From NCBI GenBank assembly GCA_965153455.1, contig OZ234493.1, forward strand, positions 24,542,213-24,606,212: a stretch of 64,000 nt of DNA. The letters run 5' to 3'. Both the position numbers and the translations under genes were made by a program. The first letter of the stretch is position 1, and every line of letters begins with the position of its first letter. Shown here in pieces: positions 12,325 to 24,479 of this stretch. The DNA is from Sphagnum compactum. Lineage: Eukaryota. Below the pieces are notes generated by a model. It saw only the letters and a program-made list of their open reading frames with translations, had not been told where the DNA came from and did no database searches.

Positions 12325-12895
12325 CAGGTATATTTGAAAATTTATATAATCTCCAGTTTTTTCAAATTTTAGAAATCAAAAGAACCTTCAGCTCTGTTTT
12401 TTTTTTTTTTTTTTGGGTTTAAAGTTTTCAAACAGCCTTAAATAACTGGAAATTTTCATGAAATACCTGTCTGTCAAATTCTTTATTTATTTATTTTGAA
12501 ATTTATTTTTCAGCTTTGACATATATCTATTGAATAATTAATTAATTTTGATATTTTCATTTTGAGAAAGAGAATCTCTCAATACTTTCCTTCAAAAAAA
12601 TTTTGTTATTAAAAGTAATTTCAAAATTTCTGAAAATAGTATAATTAGTGTCAAAGCTGCCCAGGTAGTAGGGCAACCAGTAAGTAAAGAAGCAGCAAAA
12701 TTGGAGAAACGTTGTTAGACAGGTCTCCTAAAATTTTCAGAACTGTGATCATTCATCATCATTCATCAGTTCTTTCGAGCTTTTGAGAACCATCAGTATA
12801 TATCAAGGTTAGTTCTTTTGATTTTTTTGAGAACCATGGAGATACACACATCATCTCTTCAAGAGCCACTCTGATGACCGCCGGTTATTTGGTCC
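12325..12895. mobile_element. AT-rich MITE-like insertion within the viral element
   Basis: Abrupt AT-rich block with poly-T and repeated TTGAGAACC/AGAACC motifs separating two coding-like decayed segments. Ends are not precisely resolved. Confidence 0.45.
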
Positions 12896-15033
12896 CAAGG
12901 AGAAGCCTTGGGATGTGAAGACGTCGTATCGGTCAGGGGGCATTGACATCCCTAGGGTTAGTTATCTCAGGGGATGCATTGTATGATATCAACCAGCAGT
13001 GTTCTCTTAATTTCCATTTTCTGTTATGTCTAGAGTCAATTTTGAGGTGTCTGGTGGCACAGACCATGGCTTGTGACCAATCATTTAGCTTTGATGGGAG
13101 CTGGGAAATGTCTAGAAGCTGTTAGTTCCCATGGAAGCTCTGCTTGTGGTGTAAACAAAAATCTGAACCTGCCATTAGATGGGGTCTGTAGGAAGAACAG
13201 AGAATACACATCTCTGTGTTCAGTTGAGCAATCAAGATTCGACAAAAATTATCTTGTATTGAGCTAACAGCATACTGTGTTTCTCTGTGAACTCAACTGG
13301 CAACCTGCCTGTCAATTTAGGCAATAAAATTGTCTCAGGGAATACCTAATGAGTAGGGGGGATGCACAATGACATGGGTGCAAGTTCTAAATCAAATAGT
13401 TTTTGAGCTTCTGCCAGAGCACCCTTTTTGCTGATGTTTGGCCTCTTAGAGAGCTTCTGGGCCATACACCTCCCCAGGTATTCCTTTCCTTTTATGGTGT
13501 TTTCTAGCCTTGACGTAGGCACTGGAAAATTTTACAAAAGCCCAATATGTGATTAACAGCACTTGTCACATAGGGGGAAGAGCAGAATGAACAACTGTGT
13601 CAGAAAATTCAAACAGTTTTGCTTGTTGAACATGGTGATGAGATTGAAGCTTCATATCCAGTTGTTCTGGCTTTGTGCTCTCATGAGAATATCTCATCCA
13701 ATGTGATAGGTGTGTCAAGCAAAAGATGTCTACACTCCCAACTAAATAGTCCAACTACATGACCATTCCTGTGTGGTGCTTTTGGTATTGGGGAGCTGCA
13801 CAACTGAAAGTTGATATTGTGTCTCAGTTTTAATGGATTTCATTCTTTAGAGAGTCCCGATTTGTCATAGATTTTTGTAGCAGATTAGAGAGCTTGGCAT
13901 GCTAAGAAGGCCTATGGAACCTTTACTGGACCTTGCAGGAGATCTTCTGATGCAGTGGAGGAATTTCTGTGGCAGGTAGCTGCAAGAGCTTTGTTGGGAT
14001 GCTTGATAGCTTACATGCTACACCTCATCTCCTTACTCTCTCACCTCTGACCTAGCCCCAGGTGCATTGTGGTAACCTAAAATTGAAGGCAGCAGCAACA
14101 GTCAGTTTTATTATACATTGTGCCAATAATAAAATATTTCAAGGTGCTTTTCTCTTCCAATATTGTGCCCCAACATTGAAAAGTTCCACTCTTTGTTAAT
14201 GAACCTTGTTGATTGTGTTCACACCAAGGTTAATACTGAAATTGAGCTACAGTAGTTTGAAGCCAAGGCATGGGTGGTGGGTGTCTCCTATCCAGCACTC
14301 CACTAACATCTCTTTCAGAATATAAACATTGCAAGCATTTCGTTTTCATGTTTTTCCATAGATAACCATTTGGTCATAGGCGTCAGGGTCAGCAATTTCC
14401 CATGTCAGACTTCAAAATTACTTATTTTGGGTCAATCCTAAATAGGGCACATTTGTTTCTTGTACTGCTTTACTCAAGTATACTTTGCTGCTCTTGCAAT
14501 TGCAACCTTCACACTTGACAGTGACTTCACATAAGCAGACCAGGACAAGTTCTTAGTTCTATGTTTTGTTCTATTAGGTCAGAATGTACATGAGGTGAAT
14601 CTGACACAGTTGCAAGAGCTGGCAAAGTGAAAGTTACATGAATTTTGTTTTCCTGTCACCAGTTGGTAAAAGATTTGGCATGAGGCTTTTACTCAAAAGG
14701 GATGACAATCTTTGAGGAAGGTGATGGGTAGCCACAATTGGCTCTTTTCCTTCATTGCACATGCCATCTGTTCTTGTTGCAGGTTTGCATCCTCTACTCT
14801 TGTTCCCTGATTTCTTTCTACAGTTTCTCTTTTTCTGCTCAGCAATAATAGTCAACAGGGATCATCTAAGCTTCAACCCATAAGGCTGCTGTCCCTTCTA
14901 GCTGAAGCACATCTCCTTGACACACTTGCAATAAGTTTCTGGGAAGGCTTTTGCCTTCAATTCCTCTCTGTCTGCCTATCTCCCTCTCTTATCTCTAGCC
15001 TGATGCAGAGACCATATTAGTGGTGAGCTCAGG

Positions 15034-15102
15034 CTGTCAGTGGAGATCTGCTCATGAGTGGAGATCTGCTTTTCTCTGTCATGAGCGGATCTCCACTGAC
15101 AG
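15034..15102. repeat. 24-bp inverted repeat (hairpin)
   Basis: CTGTCAGTGGAGATCTGCTCATGA (15034-15057) pairs with TCATGAGCGGATCTCCACTGACAG (15079-15102) with one mismatch. The 21-nt loop holds a third partial copy, GTGGAGATCTGCT. Confidence 0.9.
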
Positions 15103-18100
15103 TAGTTTTCAAGAAAACTTCTCGACTGGTTTCTGAGGCCGCATGCTATATGCTGTTGAGGGAAAGAAGAGCTAAGAGATACCATGGACTGCTGAAGAGA
15201 AGTTTAGGCTAACTGGCCTCATGGATTCTTCAGCCACAGGGGGACATATTTTCTGTATGGGAGGGTAAACCTCCCACTATGGCAGCCCTGAAGTACGACA
15301 AACATTGAGATGGGGTCTGGAATTCAAAGTTTTAACGTTCAGGTTCATTTGGGGTTTGGGGGGGCACTGACCCTGTTATTGTGAATTATTGCTGATCTTG
15401 GTAGCACAGGATTTGGTTTCAATATCCTGAATGAGGTTCAGGACTTCATCACTGGTTTTCTTGAACAAATCCAGGGATACTGCATGTGCGCTTGGTGTAA
15501 GGAGAGCATGGTCTATCTAGTGTAGATGTCATATGAAGTCATGTAATCAACATGAAATCGTTCACAGGTAACCTGACTTTTCTTCATCCTCTGAATGTAA
15601 CATCATTCTTCTTTCTTTCAGTAAGAATGGCAACTGTCAAGGATTTAAACAGACTCTAAGAGCAGCTCCACCAGTTGCAGTATAATGGCCTGTAAACTAT
15701 AATTTTGGATGAAGTTCAGGCTTTACGTAGTGTGAAACTGAGGGATGCATCTGTCAATCTATTTGAAAATATAACAAAAACTATAAATTTGATGAATTTC
15801 AGGCTCTGTATGGGGTAAAGTTGAGCTATGCATCCCTCAATCTATCTGAAAAATCTGTTACCAGTTGGACAAACTGAAACTCATTTGCAAAATAGGTTTA
15901 AATTAGGACTCAAAATCTTGTGTTCAAAAATAAAAGAAAACTCAACATGAACACATAATGTTCCAGTTCACCAATTGAAATTGCCCAATCTGCCCAGGCC
16001 ACAAATGAGGATGTCCACAGTTGTGAGACCAGGACACTGCCATGAGCCTTTCTCACATAACCACATTTGTTTTTGCTCTGATGCCATTGTTGTTAGTTAC
16101 TTCTCTGGATACACATTACACCTGCCCATATACTTGCATTGTTCTGCAATGGATATGTGGTTTGTGTGGGATCATTGATTGACTGCTGTATCCAGTGCTC
16201 ACTGGCTGAAATGCTGTGCAGATTCTAAGTCTAGGTCATCTGGTCATGACAATAAATGTGTTTATTATCCCTTTGTCAAGACCTCATTCAGCTTACTTAC
16301 ACTGAAAAGCAAGCATATGAAATTCAGTTTCTTTTCCAGAGAGATGTCTGATGTCTGGTGGATAGGATCAAACAACCTGACTTAAGCTCATGGAGGGGAT
16401 TTGCTTGCAAAGTCACAGATTTATTGAAGAATCACAATTCACACTGGGCAGTTTGATGGGAACAGCTTAGCATTGAAAAAGTCTAGAACAGAATGTCAAA
16501 AAGCTTTCTAGGACATTATCATTGTCATCTGAATAGGTATCAAGAATCAAGATCTAAGTAAATGAGTCAAGAATGAATAACTATGATAATTGAATATCAG
16601 ACTCCACCCAATTCAAAATCACAGATTATGGAAGAATTGACAATGGGGAAGCACGGCAGTAAATTAATAGAATAGTGGCAACCCACCCCAAATATTTTCA
16701 CCAGTTTGATCTACATGGATCCTCCTCACAATGGCCTTCTTTGATGAGTATTTGTTATTACCAAGTCTCCTGCATATGAAACTTTGAGAAGCTCCATGCT
16801 CACTGGACACTACAGCAAAGAGAATAGCATTTCTGTTCACCAGGTTCTGACCACTTATGTTGCTAGCCATTTTAGCTTAACAGTTTTCAACACTCTAAGT
16901 TTAATATTGCGAGTCTCTTATTCTTGGCATACTCAGGCAGTAGAATATTCATCTTATCATCCCCCAACACTCTCTACAGAAAGTCTTCTCTCCTCTATAT
17001 CAAGACCATATTCGTAAGTTCAAATCTCATGGACTATTCTCTCAGCAACTACAAAACACTTTCACCATATCCAAGGTCTAGCAAGTACACCTAATTCAAA
17101 ACCAGCAGAATCTGTACTTTTCAAGTGTAGGTGCCCTTGTTTTTACATTGCAAGATACTGTCAAGATTTCTACTTTGATTCACATTGCTTCTCCAGCCTA
17201 CATGTGCCTCACAAACAGAACATGTAGCTTTTGGGCCCATTCCATTCATCCTTCTACATTCTTCTACCATGCCAAATACCCTCTTACCATGGCACACTAT
17301 ATACTAGACCTATACTGATAAATTGGCAATAAAAAGAAAAAGAGTGCTGTCACATCAACTGCCATACCATGTGATTATTGCTTCTTGCCAATCAAATCTT
17401 GTTGCTTTCCTTTCCTCAGCTCTTCTTTGTTTCTCTTGACCATACATCTCTTGTTTCTTGCATTGCCCATTTGCACATCCAACATGGACAAATAGCAATC
17501 ACAAGGCGTCTTTGGACTGTGACACACTAGTACACTGAAAACATACACACTGTTTGCTAGAAACAATGTGTATTTTAACACTTCAAGCATAAGACTTTTG
17601 ACAACTATCAACCCTAAAGCAAGAGAGCACATTCACAAAATTGAAAATCTATGTTCTTCAACTAAACCCTTTCCAAACCTTGATGATAGTGGCCAACACC
17701 AAGATTTATGTAATCTCCTATTGGTTGCAAAACAGGCCTTTCTATTCATTCAAGATGAAATTAGCTGCAATGACAAGGCTACAAATAGCAAAGCTCCAAG
17801 CTAACCTGCAATTTTAAGCACAAATACATGTCTACAATGATTTGCAAACTACAACTTTAGCAACAAAAATATGATACAAACAAATTTGTGCATCTATTAA
17901 GTAAAAGAAAAACACTAGAATTTAAGGATCACAACATGTTGAATTGTGTGGAATTCATTCTACACAATTCCAAACATGAAAAGAAGAAGGATTTACATAA
18001 TTGATTTCACCAAAGGACCTAAATAAGGTCAAATTCAATAGTTGTGTGCACAAAGCTATGTGGACAATGGAGGAGGCATAATGGGTTGAAAAGGCCAAAC

Positions 18101-20329
18101 TAACATATTTTCAAAAGATGCATGGACAACGGAAGACATGTCATTGGTGAAGGAAATGGTTTGTAATTTTTGCCACACAACCAAGCCCATCACTGAAAAA
18201 AGGAATAAAAGGTGTCAACATTGAAGAATTGGCATCAATCTTCAAACCACTTCATGTGGGAATGGTGGTAGGTGGCTAAGAAGGACATTAAGACCACCAA
18301 GTATTTTATTAGGAATGAAGAGGAGGAAATCTATGTGCAAGGTAAAGGTTATTTAATTTACATTTAGCAATATTTAAACAATTTGTGATGTAGTTGGAAA
18401 CACTTGCAAAAGTCACCACATTTTGGCAAGACAACAAGTATATTCCAAGAGGTCTTATTTCAATCATTCAAGTAGTATAAAGAGGAAGTCTATTGAAATG
18501 GCGAAATTGGCTTTCTAACAAGCTATGAAAATTAGGTGCAAATAATATAATAAGAATTAAGTTATGTGCCACATTGGGTGACTACTTTTTGAGTATTTAA
18601 AAACATTAGGAATGCTTGCCAAGACGATGTGACAAATTGTGATTTGTTCCAAAAGATAATGATAGGAAGATGTTAATACAATAATCAAATGTGGATTGTG
18701 CAAAATGACTTTTGGACCATGTCAAAAAAAATGTTTAAAGTGTCCCAAAAGCAAATTGTCTCACATAACATTTGGTCTGATAAACATTAACATGATTTGG
18801 CATGTGTTGATGAAGTTTGCAAAACATTGAAGGTGCCAAATCAATTTGGAACTAGACCCGCCTAAGTGTGTTTTTTAAAACTTGAAATTAGGGGGTCTTG
18901 ACATGTGAAGAATTGGGTCCAAAACCAATCTACAAGTTCTATCAAAATTTTAAAAGTGCTTGAACTAGAACTAGAGGTTCTTTCAAATTTCGAAAAAATT
19001 TGGAACTAAGATTGAAGGTTTTCTTGAAAATGGAAAATTGACCAACACTAATCAAAATTCCAAAACACAAAAACTAATCAAACAAAGTTTTTTTTTTTAG
19101 GTTCATTATGAAACCATGGTGCAACATTGAATTAACTTGAATCGACATGAAGATGACACCAACATGACACCAAAACACCCATATGAGTTGGGCCCACATT
19201 AAAACAATGTCACAACAATGCCAAAAGGTTGGAATAACACCAAGATAACATTAAATGATGATACCATAAGAATCAATGGAATGTTTGTAATGTTAACAAA
19301 AAGTTTAAACAAAACATTTGATGTCTTAAGACAAACATTGAAAACATGTTGACAAATATGAGAATAACACTACAAGGATGTCAAAACAATGTTGGAATGC
19401 CTAGACCATGCCAAGATGACACCAAAATGGAACACTAAAACTATCTTGGGTGAAAGCATGGTAAAATATATTTAAAAAGTAGTTATCTCCAAAGCAATCA
19501 AAAAATGCTCCAATTTTTTACACAAGTAAAAGAAAGTAAATTAAAAATATTTTCAAATAACATAATAAAAACATGGTGTTTTTCTTTGAGTTTATAATAA
19601 GATGATTACAAAATTTGAAAAAATTTGATGCAATAAAAGTAGATAACAAGTATGTCTAAAAATGACTGGTCAAATTGAGTTTAAACCTACTTTTTCATTA
19701 GAAGTTTGATGTATTCTACTATAATAATTAAACGTTGAGAACTTACAAGTACATTTTAGAGTTACATCATGTTGAAAATGGAGAATATTCAATAATTCAT
19801 TTACTTTCACCTACTTGTACAAGTTTGGATAGCCAACAAAGTAAAAAAAAGTACAATTATTACTTTTAATCTACTTGAATGTATATTAAATATGTGATTA
19901 ATCAACATCATTATGATAGAATTAAAGATTATCCTCATACTGATCATTAAATAAAAAAACGTTTCTACTTTCAATACATTAAAACTTATTTATGGCTACT
20001 TTTTTTTGTGACAAAGATCAAAAATTGTCTATTTTACCATGCTTTCACTTGTTGAGATGATGCTTTGACGATATTTGAACACCAAAACAATCCAATTTGA
20101 ATGATATTAAACAACAAGATGCTAACAAAATAACTTTGAACCAAATGACCAAAATGTCCATATGATGCAAGAATGCCAAAAAGACATTGGAAGAACACCA
20201 CAATGACACCACAATGTCAAGATGGCACTGAAATGATGCAATAACATCGGAAAAACGTTAAGTCCACCTTGAACCATTGTGACATCATTGAAACCATGCT
20301 AGAATGTTAAAATGACATTGAAACAAAAG

Positions 20330-21510
20330 TTAATACAAATTTTGCCAAATTTTGCCTAAATAACCAAGTTGAATCTAAATAGCCATGTTAGTTAAATTTT
20401 GCCAAGTTTTTCCCAATTTAGCCATGTTTTGCCAAGGTTTACCTCAATACCTTGATGTCACGTAATTTATTTAAATTTTGCCAAATTTTTCCAAGTTTAA
20501 CCAAATTCAACTTAAATAGCCATGTTCAACCAAATTTTACCTAGTTTAACCAAATTTAATCTAAATAGCCATGTTTCACCAAATTTTACCAAATTTAATT
20601 ACATTTAAGTTAAATAGCCAAGTTTTGTCAAGTTTTGCCAAGTTTAACCAAATTTTAACCTAAATAATCAAATTTTGCCAAGTTTTGCCAAGTTTAACCT
20701 AAATGGCCAAGTTTTGCCATGTTTAACCTAAATAGTCAAATTTGCCAAATTTAACCAAGTTTAACTTAAATAGCCATGTTTTGCCATGTTTTGCCAAGTT
20801 TAATCAAGTTTAACCTAAATAGTCAAATTTTGCCAAGTTTAGCCAAGTTTAACCTAAATAGCCATGTTTTGCCATGTTTCGCCAAGTTTTGCTTTAATAC
20901 CCTATTTTAGCCTAATTTATTTAAAGTTGATGAAGTTTTGCCTTAATACCTTAGTTTATTCTAATTTATTTAAATTTAGCCAAGTTTAACCTAAACAACC
21001 AATTTTTGTCAAGTTTAACCAAGTTTAACCTAAATAGCCAAGTTTTGCCAAGTTTAGCCAAGTTTAGCCAAATTTAACTTAAATACCCAAGTTTTGCCAA
21101 ATTTACCATATTTAACCTAAATAGCCATATTCTGCCATGTTTTGCCAAATCTTGTCAAGTTTAACCTAAATACTCATGTTTAGCCAAATTTTGCCAAAAA
21201 ATTTTTCAATATCCTAATTTAGTTTAAATTATTTTAGTTTAACCAAAATTTATCAAAGTTTATCCTCCATAATTTAGTTTAGTCGAATTTATCCAAGTTT
21301 AGCCTAAACAATTATGTTTAACCTAATTTAGTTAAGTTTAACCTACTTTACCCTAGTCTAAGTCTATGTTAGTTTATAATAAATAGGCCTACATTTAGGT
21401 TATGAATACTTAAATTAGTTTAGGTTAAACTATGTTAGCCAAGGTTAGGCCTAAATTAGCCTAGGTGAACCTAGGTTAGCTTAGGGTGAGTTAGGTTAAC
21501 TTGAGTTAAA
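20330..21510. repeat. Minisatellite of ~10-bp variant units
   Basis: Shuffled units TTTGCCAAGT, TTAACCAAGT, TTAACCTAAA and TAGCCATGTT repeated over ~1.1 kb. Confidence 0.9.
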
Positions 21511-21569
21511 ACATTATTGTTTATACATTAATGGTAAGTAGATTTTATCATAAGTAAATAATGACATGA

Positions 21570-21635
21570 TGGTATGGTTAAGGACTTGTTCCCCAAAGTG
21601 GAGGTGGGAAGTTCAAATCCTTTCACTTGCAAACC
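21570..21635 (+). other. Degenerate tRNA-derived (SINE-like) sequence
   Basis: A-box-like TGGTATGGTTAAGGAC and B-box-like AGTTCAAATCC at tRNA spacing; no intact cloverleaf. Confidence 0.35.
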
Positions 21636-21849
21636 TTGACACTTAAACACTTAAACATTTAGATGTTTGGTGGCATGCCTAACCTGCGAAGTTTTTTTAG
21701 CACCTAGGGTAAGCTTTGTAGGCTAGGTTTCCTAGGCTTCTTAGGCTAGGTCCTTTAGACTAAGAAGCTAGCACATGGCAATATTTGATTGGATAGATTT
21801 GACAAGTGGCATTTTGTGAGGCTGTCATGTGTTTCGTTGAATTTAGAAC

Positions 21850-22028
21850 TATGTCCTTTGCGACTACAGTCATGGTGAATTGTAGTCATTAATGTGGCTA
21901 CAATTAATGTGACTAATGGGACTTACAATGTGGTCATTTGGACTTGGTAGTCATGTAGTTAGCTCTAATCATAGATGGCACATACGACTATATTTTTGTA
22001 GTTGTAAATGTCACGTTTTGGTGTTGTG
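21850..22028. mobile_element. Right end of a non-autonomous CACTA element
   Basis: GCGACTA/TAGTCA subterminal repeats ending in TTTTGGTGTTGTG (reverse complement CACAACACCAAAA, a degenerate CACTA terminus). Confidence 0.5.
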
Positions 22029-22599
22029 AACAATATTTACATGGCAATTTTCTCGTTTCATCTACTTTCCTACCTATTTATGTAGGTAGGTAAGTAGGTA
22101 AATACATAAGTCTTAATTACCTACTTATGTAAATAGATAAGTAGGTATGTAGGTTAAGTAAGTAGGTGTGTCTTACCTACCTACTTTTACCTTTCTACCT
22201 ACTTGCATTGGCCTATGTACCTACCTACTTACTTATTGAAATAAATATTCATTTGAATTATTTATTTTTTTAAATACTATTAATATGCCATTTGGTAGAT
22301 TTTGATTATGTCACATGTCACAATATAGGATTATCTAAAATGAATGCTCATAATGGATGGTCGAGTTGAATGCTTGAATAATAAAATAATTTTCACCCAA
22401 AATTCTTCATAATGCCACATGGTGGATTTTAGTATCACCAAATGGCACCATCACAAGTTGTTGGAATTCAATGGCATCGATTTTTCAATAGATAAAATCA
22501 TTATTTTTAAACTTCTCTAATCTAAAACACATGACAAATAATGTGTGAATATTTGATAATTATAAAAATGGTTGCAAAAATAAACCTATTTGCAAATGT

Positions 22600-22804
22600 T
22601 ACACATATGGTCAAAGGATGAACATGTATATGTTGATTATATACATCATTCATGGTCCATTTGGTGACATCATGTTAAGTCATGATTTGCGATTAAATGT
22701 TAGGTACAATTTCACTTATGCAACTATGAAATTGTAGTTGTAAATGGTTGCAATTATTTTATAGTTGCAAATTAAAGTGACAAATTAACAGTTTTCTTAT
22801 AGTG
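22600..22804. mobile_element. Right end of a second CACTA-type element
   Basis: GCAACTA/TAGTTGCA subterminal repeats ending in TTTTCTTATAGTG (reverse complement CACTATAAGAAAA). Confidence 0.6.
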
Positions 22805-24479
22805 CATCACCAAGATTTATTTAGGATATATTTATTATATAATCATGTAATTGAATTTTTTCTTGTAAATATTAATCCATACTATTAACCAATTTTTTTG
22901 TTGTTGTTGTTGACTTTCATTGAAATATCAATAAACTGAAACACAATAAAAAATAAATGGAACCAGTTAACATCCATGTTTGCCAAAACTTGGTTTTAGT
23001 AAAAAAATTGGATTTAACCATCATTTTTTTTTCAATTTTTTAATGTGGCATAATTAACCATCATCCAAAAAGAAATTTAGATTCATTGTGAAGACATTTA
23101 TTAAAAAAATTCCAAATTGGAAAAACAGTCACCAAAATTCACCAAAACTAAAAATTGTGTGGAAATGTGGTGAATTTTTTTCCAAAATAAAATTTCCTCC
23201 AAATTTGGAAAATTATTTCTTAAAAAATAGGGAATTTGTGACAAAATACTACATTATAACATTTTGAAGTCAAAAGTTTGCAAACATTTGGCATAAAAAC
23301 TCAATTTTAACCATATGCAAAATGTTGTCTATGTTTATATGCCACTTATTCCAAATCTAAAAAACTCCCAAAAAACCCATTGAACATCAAAGTTATTTTA
23401 AAACACAAATATGGGTGTTTTGTTTACATTTACATAATATTTGGAAGGATTTATTTATTTATTTTTATAATAACTTACACAAATATTAACTATTAGTCCC
23501 AAAAATGAAAGCTTAAAAGACCCACTATTATTAATAAACTCAAATTTAAAATCAATTAGGCATATTCATGGTTAGGGTACCCTTTTTTGGACACAAAACT
23601 CATATTTGAATTTGTTTTTATTATCTTCCAAATATAGAATCTACATGGAATAAATTTAAGTGAAAAATAATGAATAATTCAAATTATGATGATTTGCATG
23701 GTGATGATGATTTTTTCATATACGTATGTTATTATGCATAAATATTTTGGTAAAAAACCAAAAATGTTAAGAATGAATACATACGTTTTTATAAACAACG
23801 TAACATGTTTTCTTGTACGAATTTTTTTTGCACATGTTGCTAACGCTTGGGGCCACAAATTCTAAGCCTAATGAATTTTAAAAATCAACCAAATGGCAAA
23901 AAAAATCATTTTCCTTGTAGCCCTTTTAGAATGGATTTTGTAGCTTTCAAAATTCTTGTATCACATATTATTTCATCAAATGCATTATTTGAACATTTCC
24001 AAACATAGATGTATGCATAACTTGTCCATGAAAAAAAAATGAAGTCAATTGCATTGTATAATACATTCCTTCTAATTCATTTAAATTGAAAATTACAATT
24101 AAGACAAGGATTCAAGTTATTAAAAGCACTCAAAGAACATCTATTTCGTATCTAATCTATTCTTGGATTTTTTTATTAGATTATCATGACATCACTTTAG
24201 TTATAGTCATACACCAATCCATTATATTCAGGAAATAGTAAATGCAATAAACATCCAAAATAGTGCTTTGCAGTCCTTTTTTTTGTTAAACCGTCCTTTT
24301 TGGTATCTTAATTGTGAATATGCCCAATTGAAAATATATAGAAAATCCAAAATGAATGGAAAGAAAAAAGAAAAAATAAATTGACATCATTTTGGGTCTC
24401 ACTTCCTTTCATTCCCTTTTTGACAAGGATCTTTTTATATTATTTTCAATAATAAAAAGACTTTAAATTTTCTTTCAAA

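Larger units (their letters stand above)
8120..17500 (-). other. Endogenous viral element: decayed L (RdRp) gene of a segmented negative-strand RNA virus (Bunyaviricetes-like), interrupted by later insertions
   Basis: Manual frameshift-tolerant translation gives the following in order. Motif F: KVQ..ELGVL/LLDL...AERIVHEI (17120-17023). Motif A: NG*QHKWS (16871-16844). Then KYSSKKAIV. Motif B: MSLSQ..IHQTSDI (16391-16343). Motif C: IVMT-(S)DDL (16253-16232). Motif D: CKYMGRCNVYPEK (16138-16100). Motif E-like: TTMASEQKQMW (16093-16061). Coding-like decayed sequence continues at ~12895-16050, ~11993-12325, 10737-11034 and ~8120-8799. Outer boundaries are approximate. Confidence 0.7.

Noticed and set aside
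16740-16800. KVSYAGDLVI read as a reverse-transcriptase YADD motif
   Set aside because: No other RT motifs nearby; the surrounding motifs fit a viral RdRp in other frames.
17930-18850. Possible transposase remnant or continuation of the viral gene
   Set aside because: Too decayed to assign motifs by eye.
20330-21510. CRISPR-like array (also considered for 52350-52630 and 44890-45280)
   Set aside because: No unique spacers, no cas genes, eukaryotic context; these are ordinary tandem repeats.
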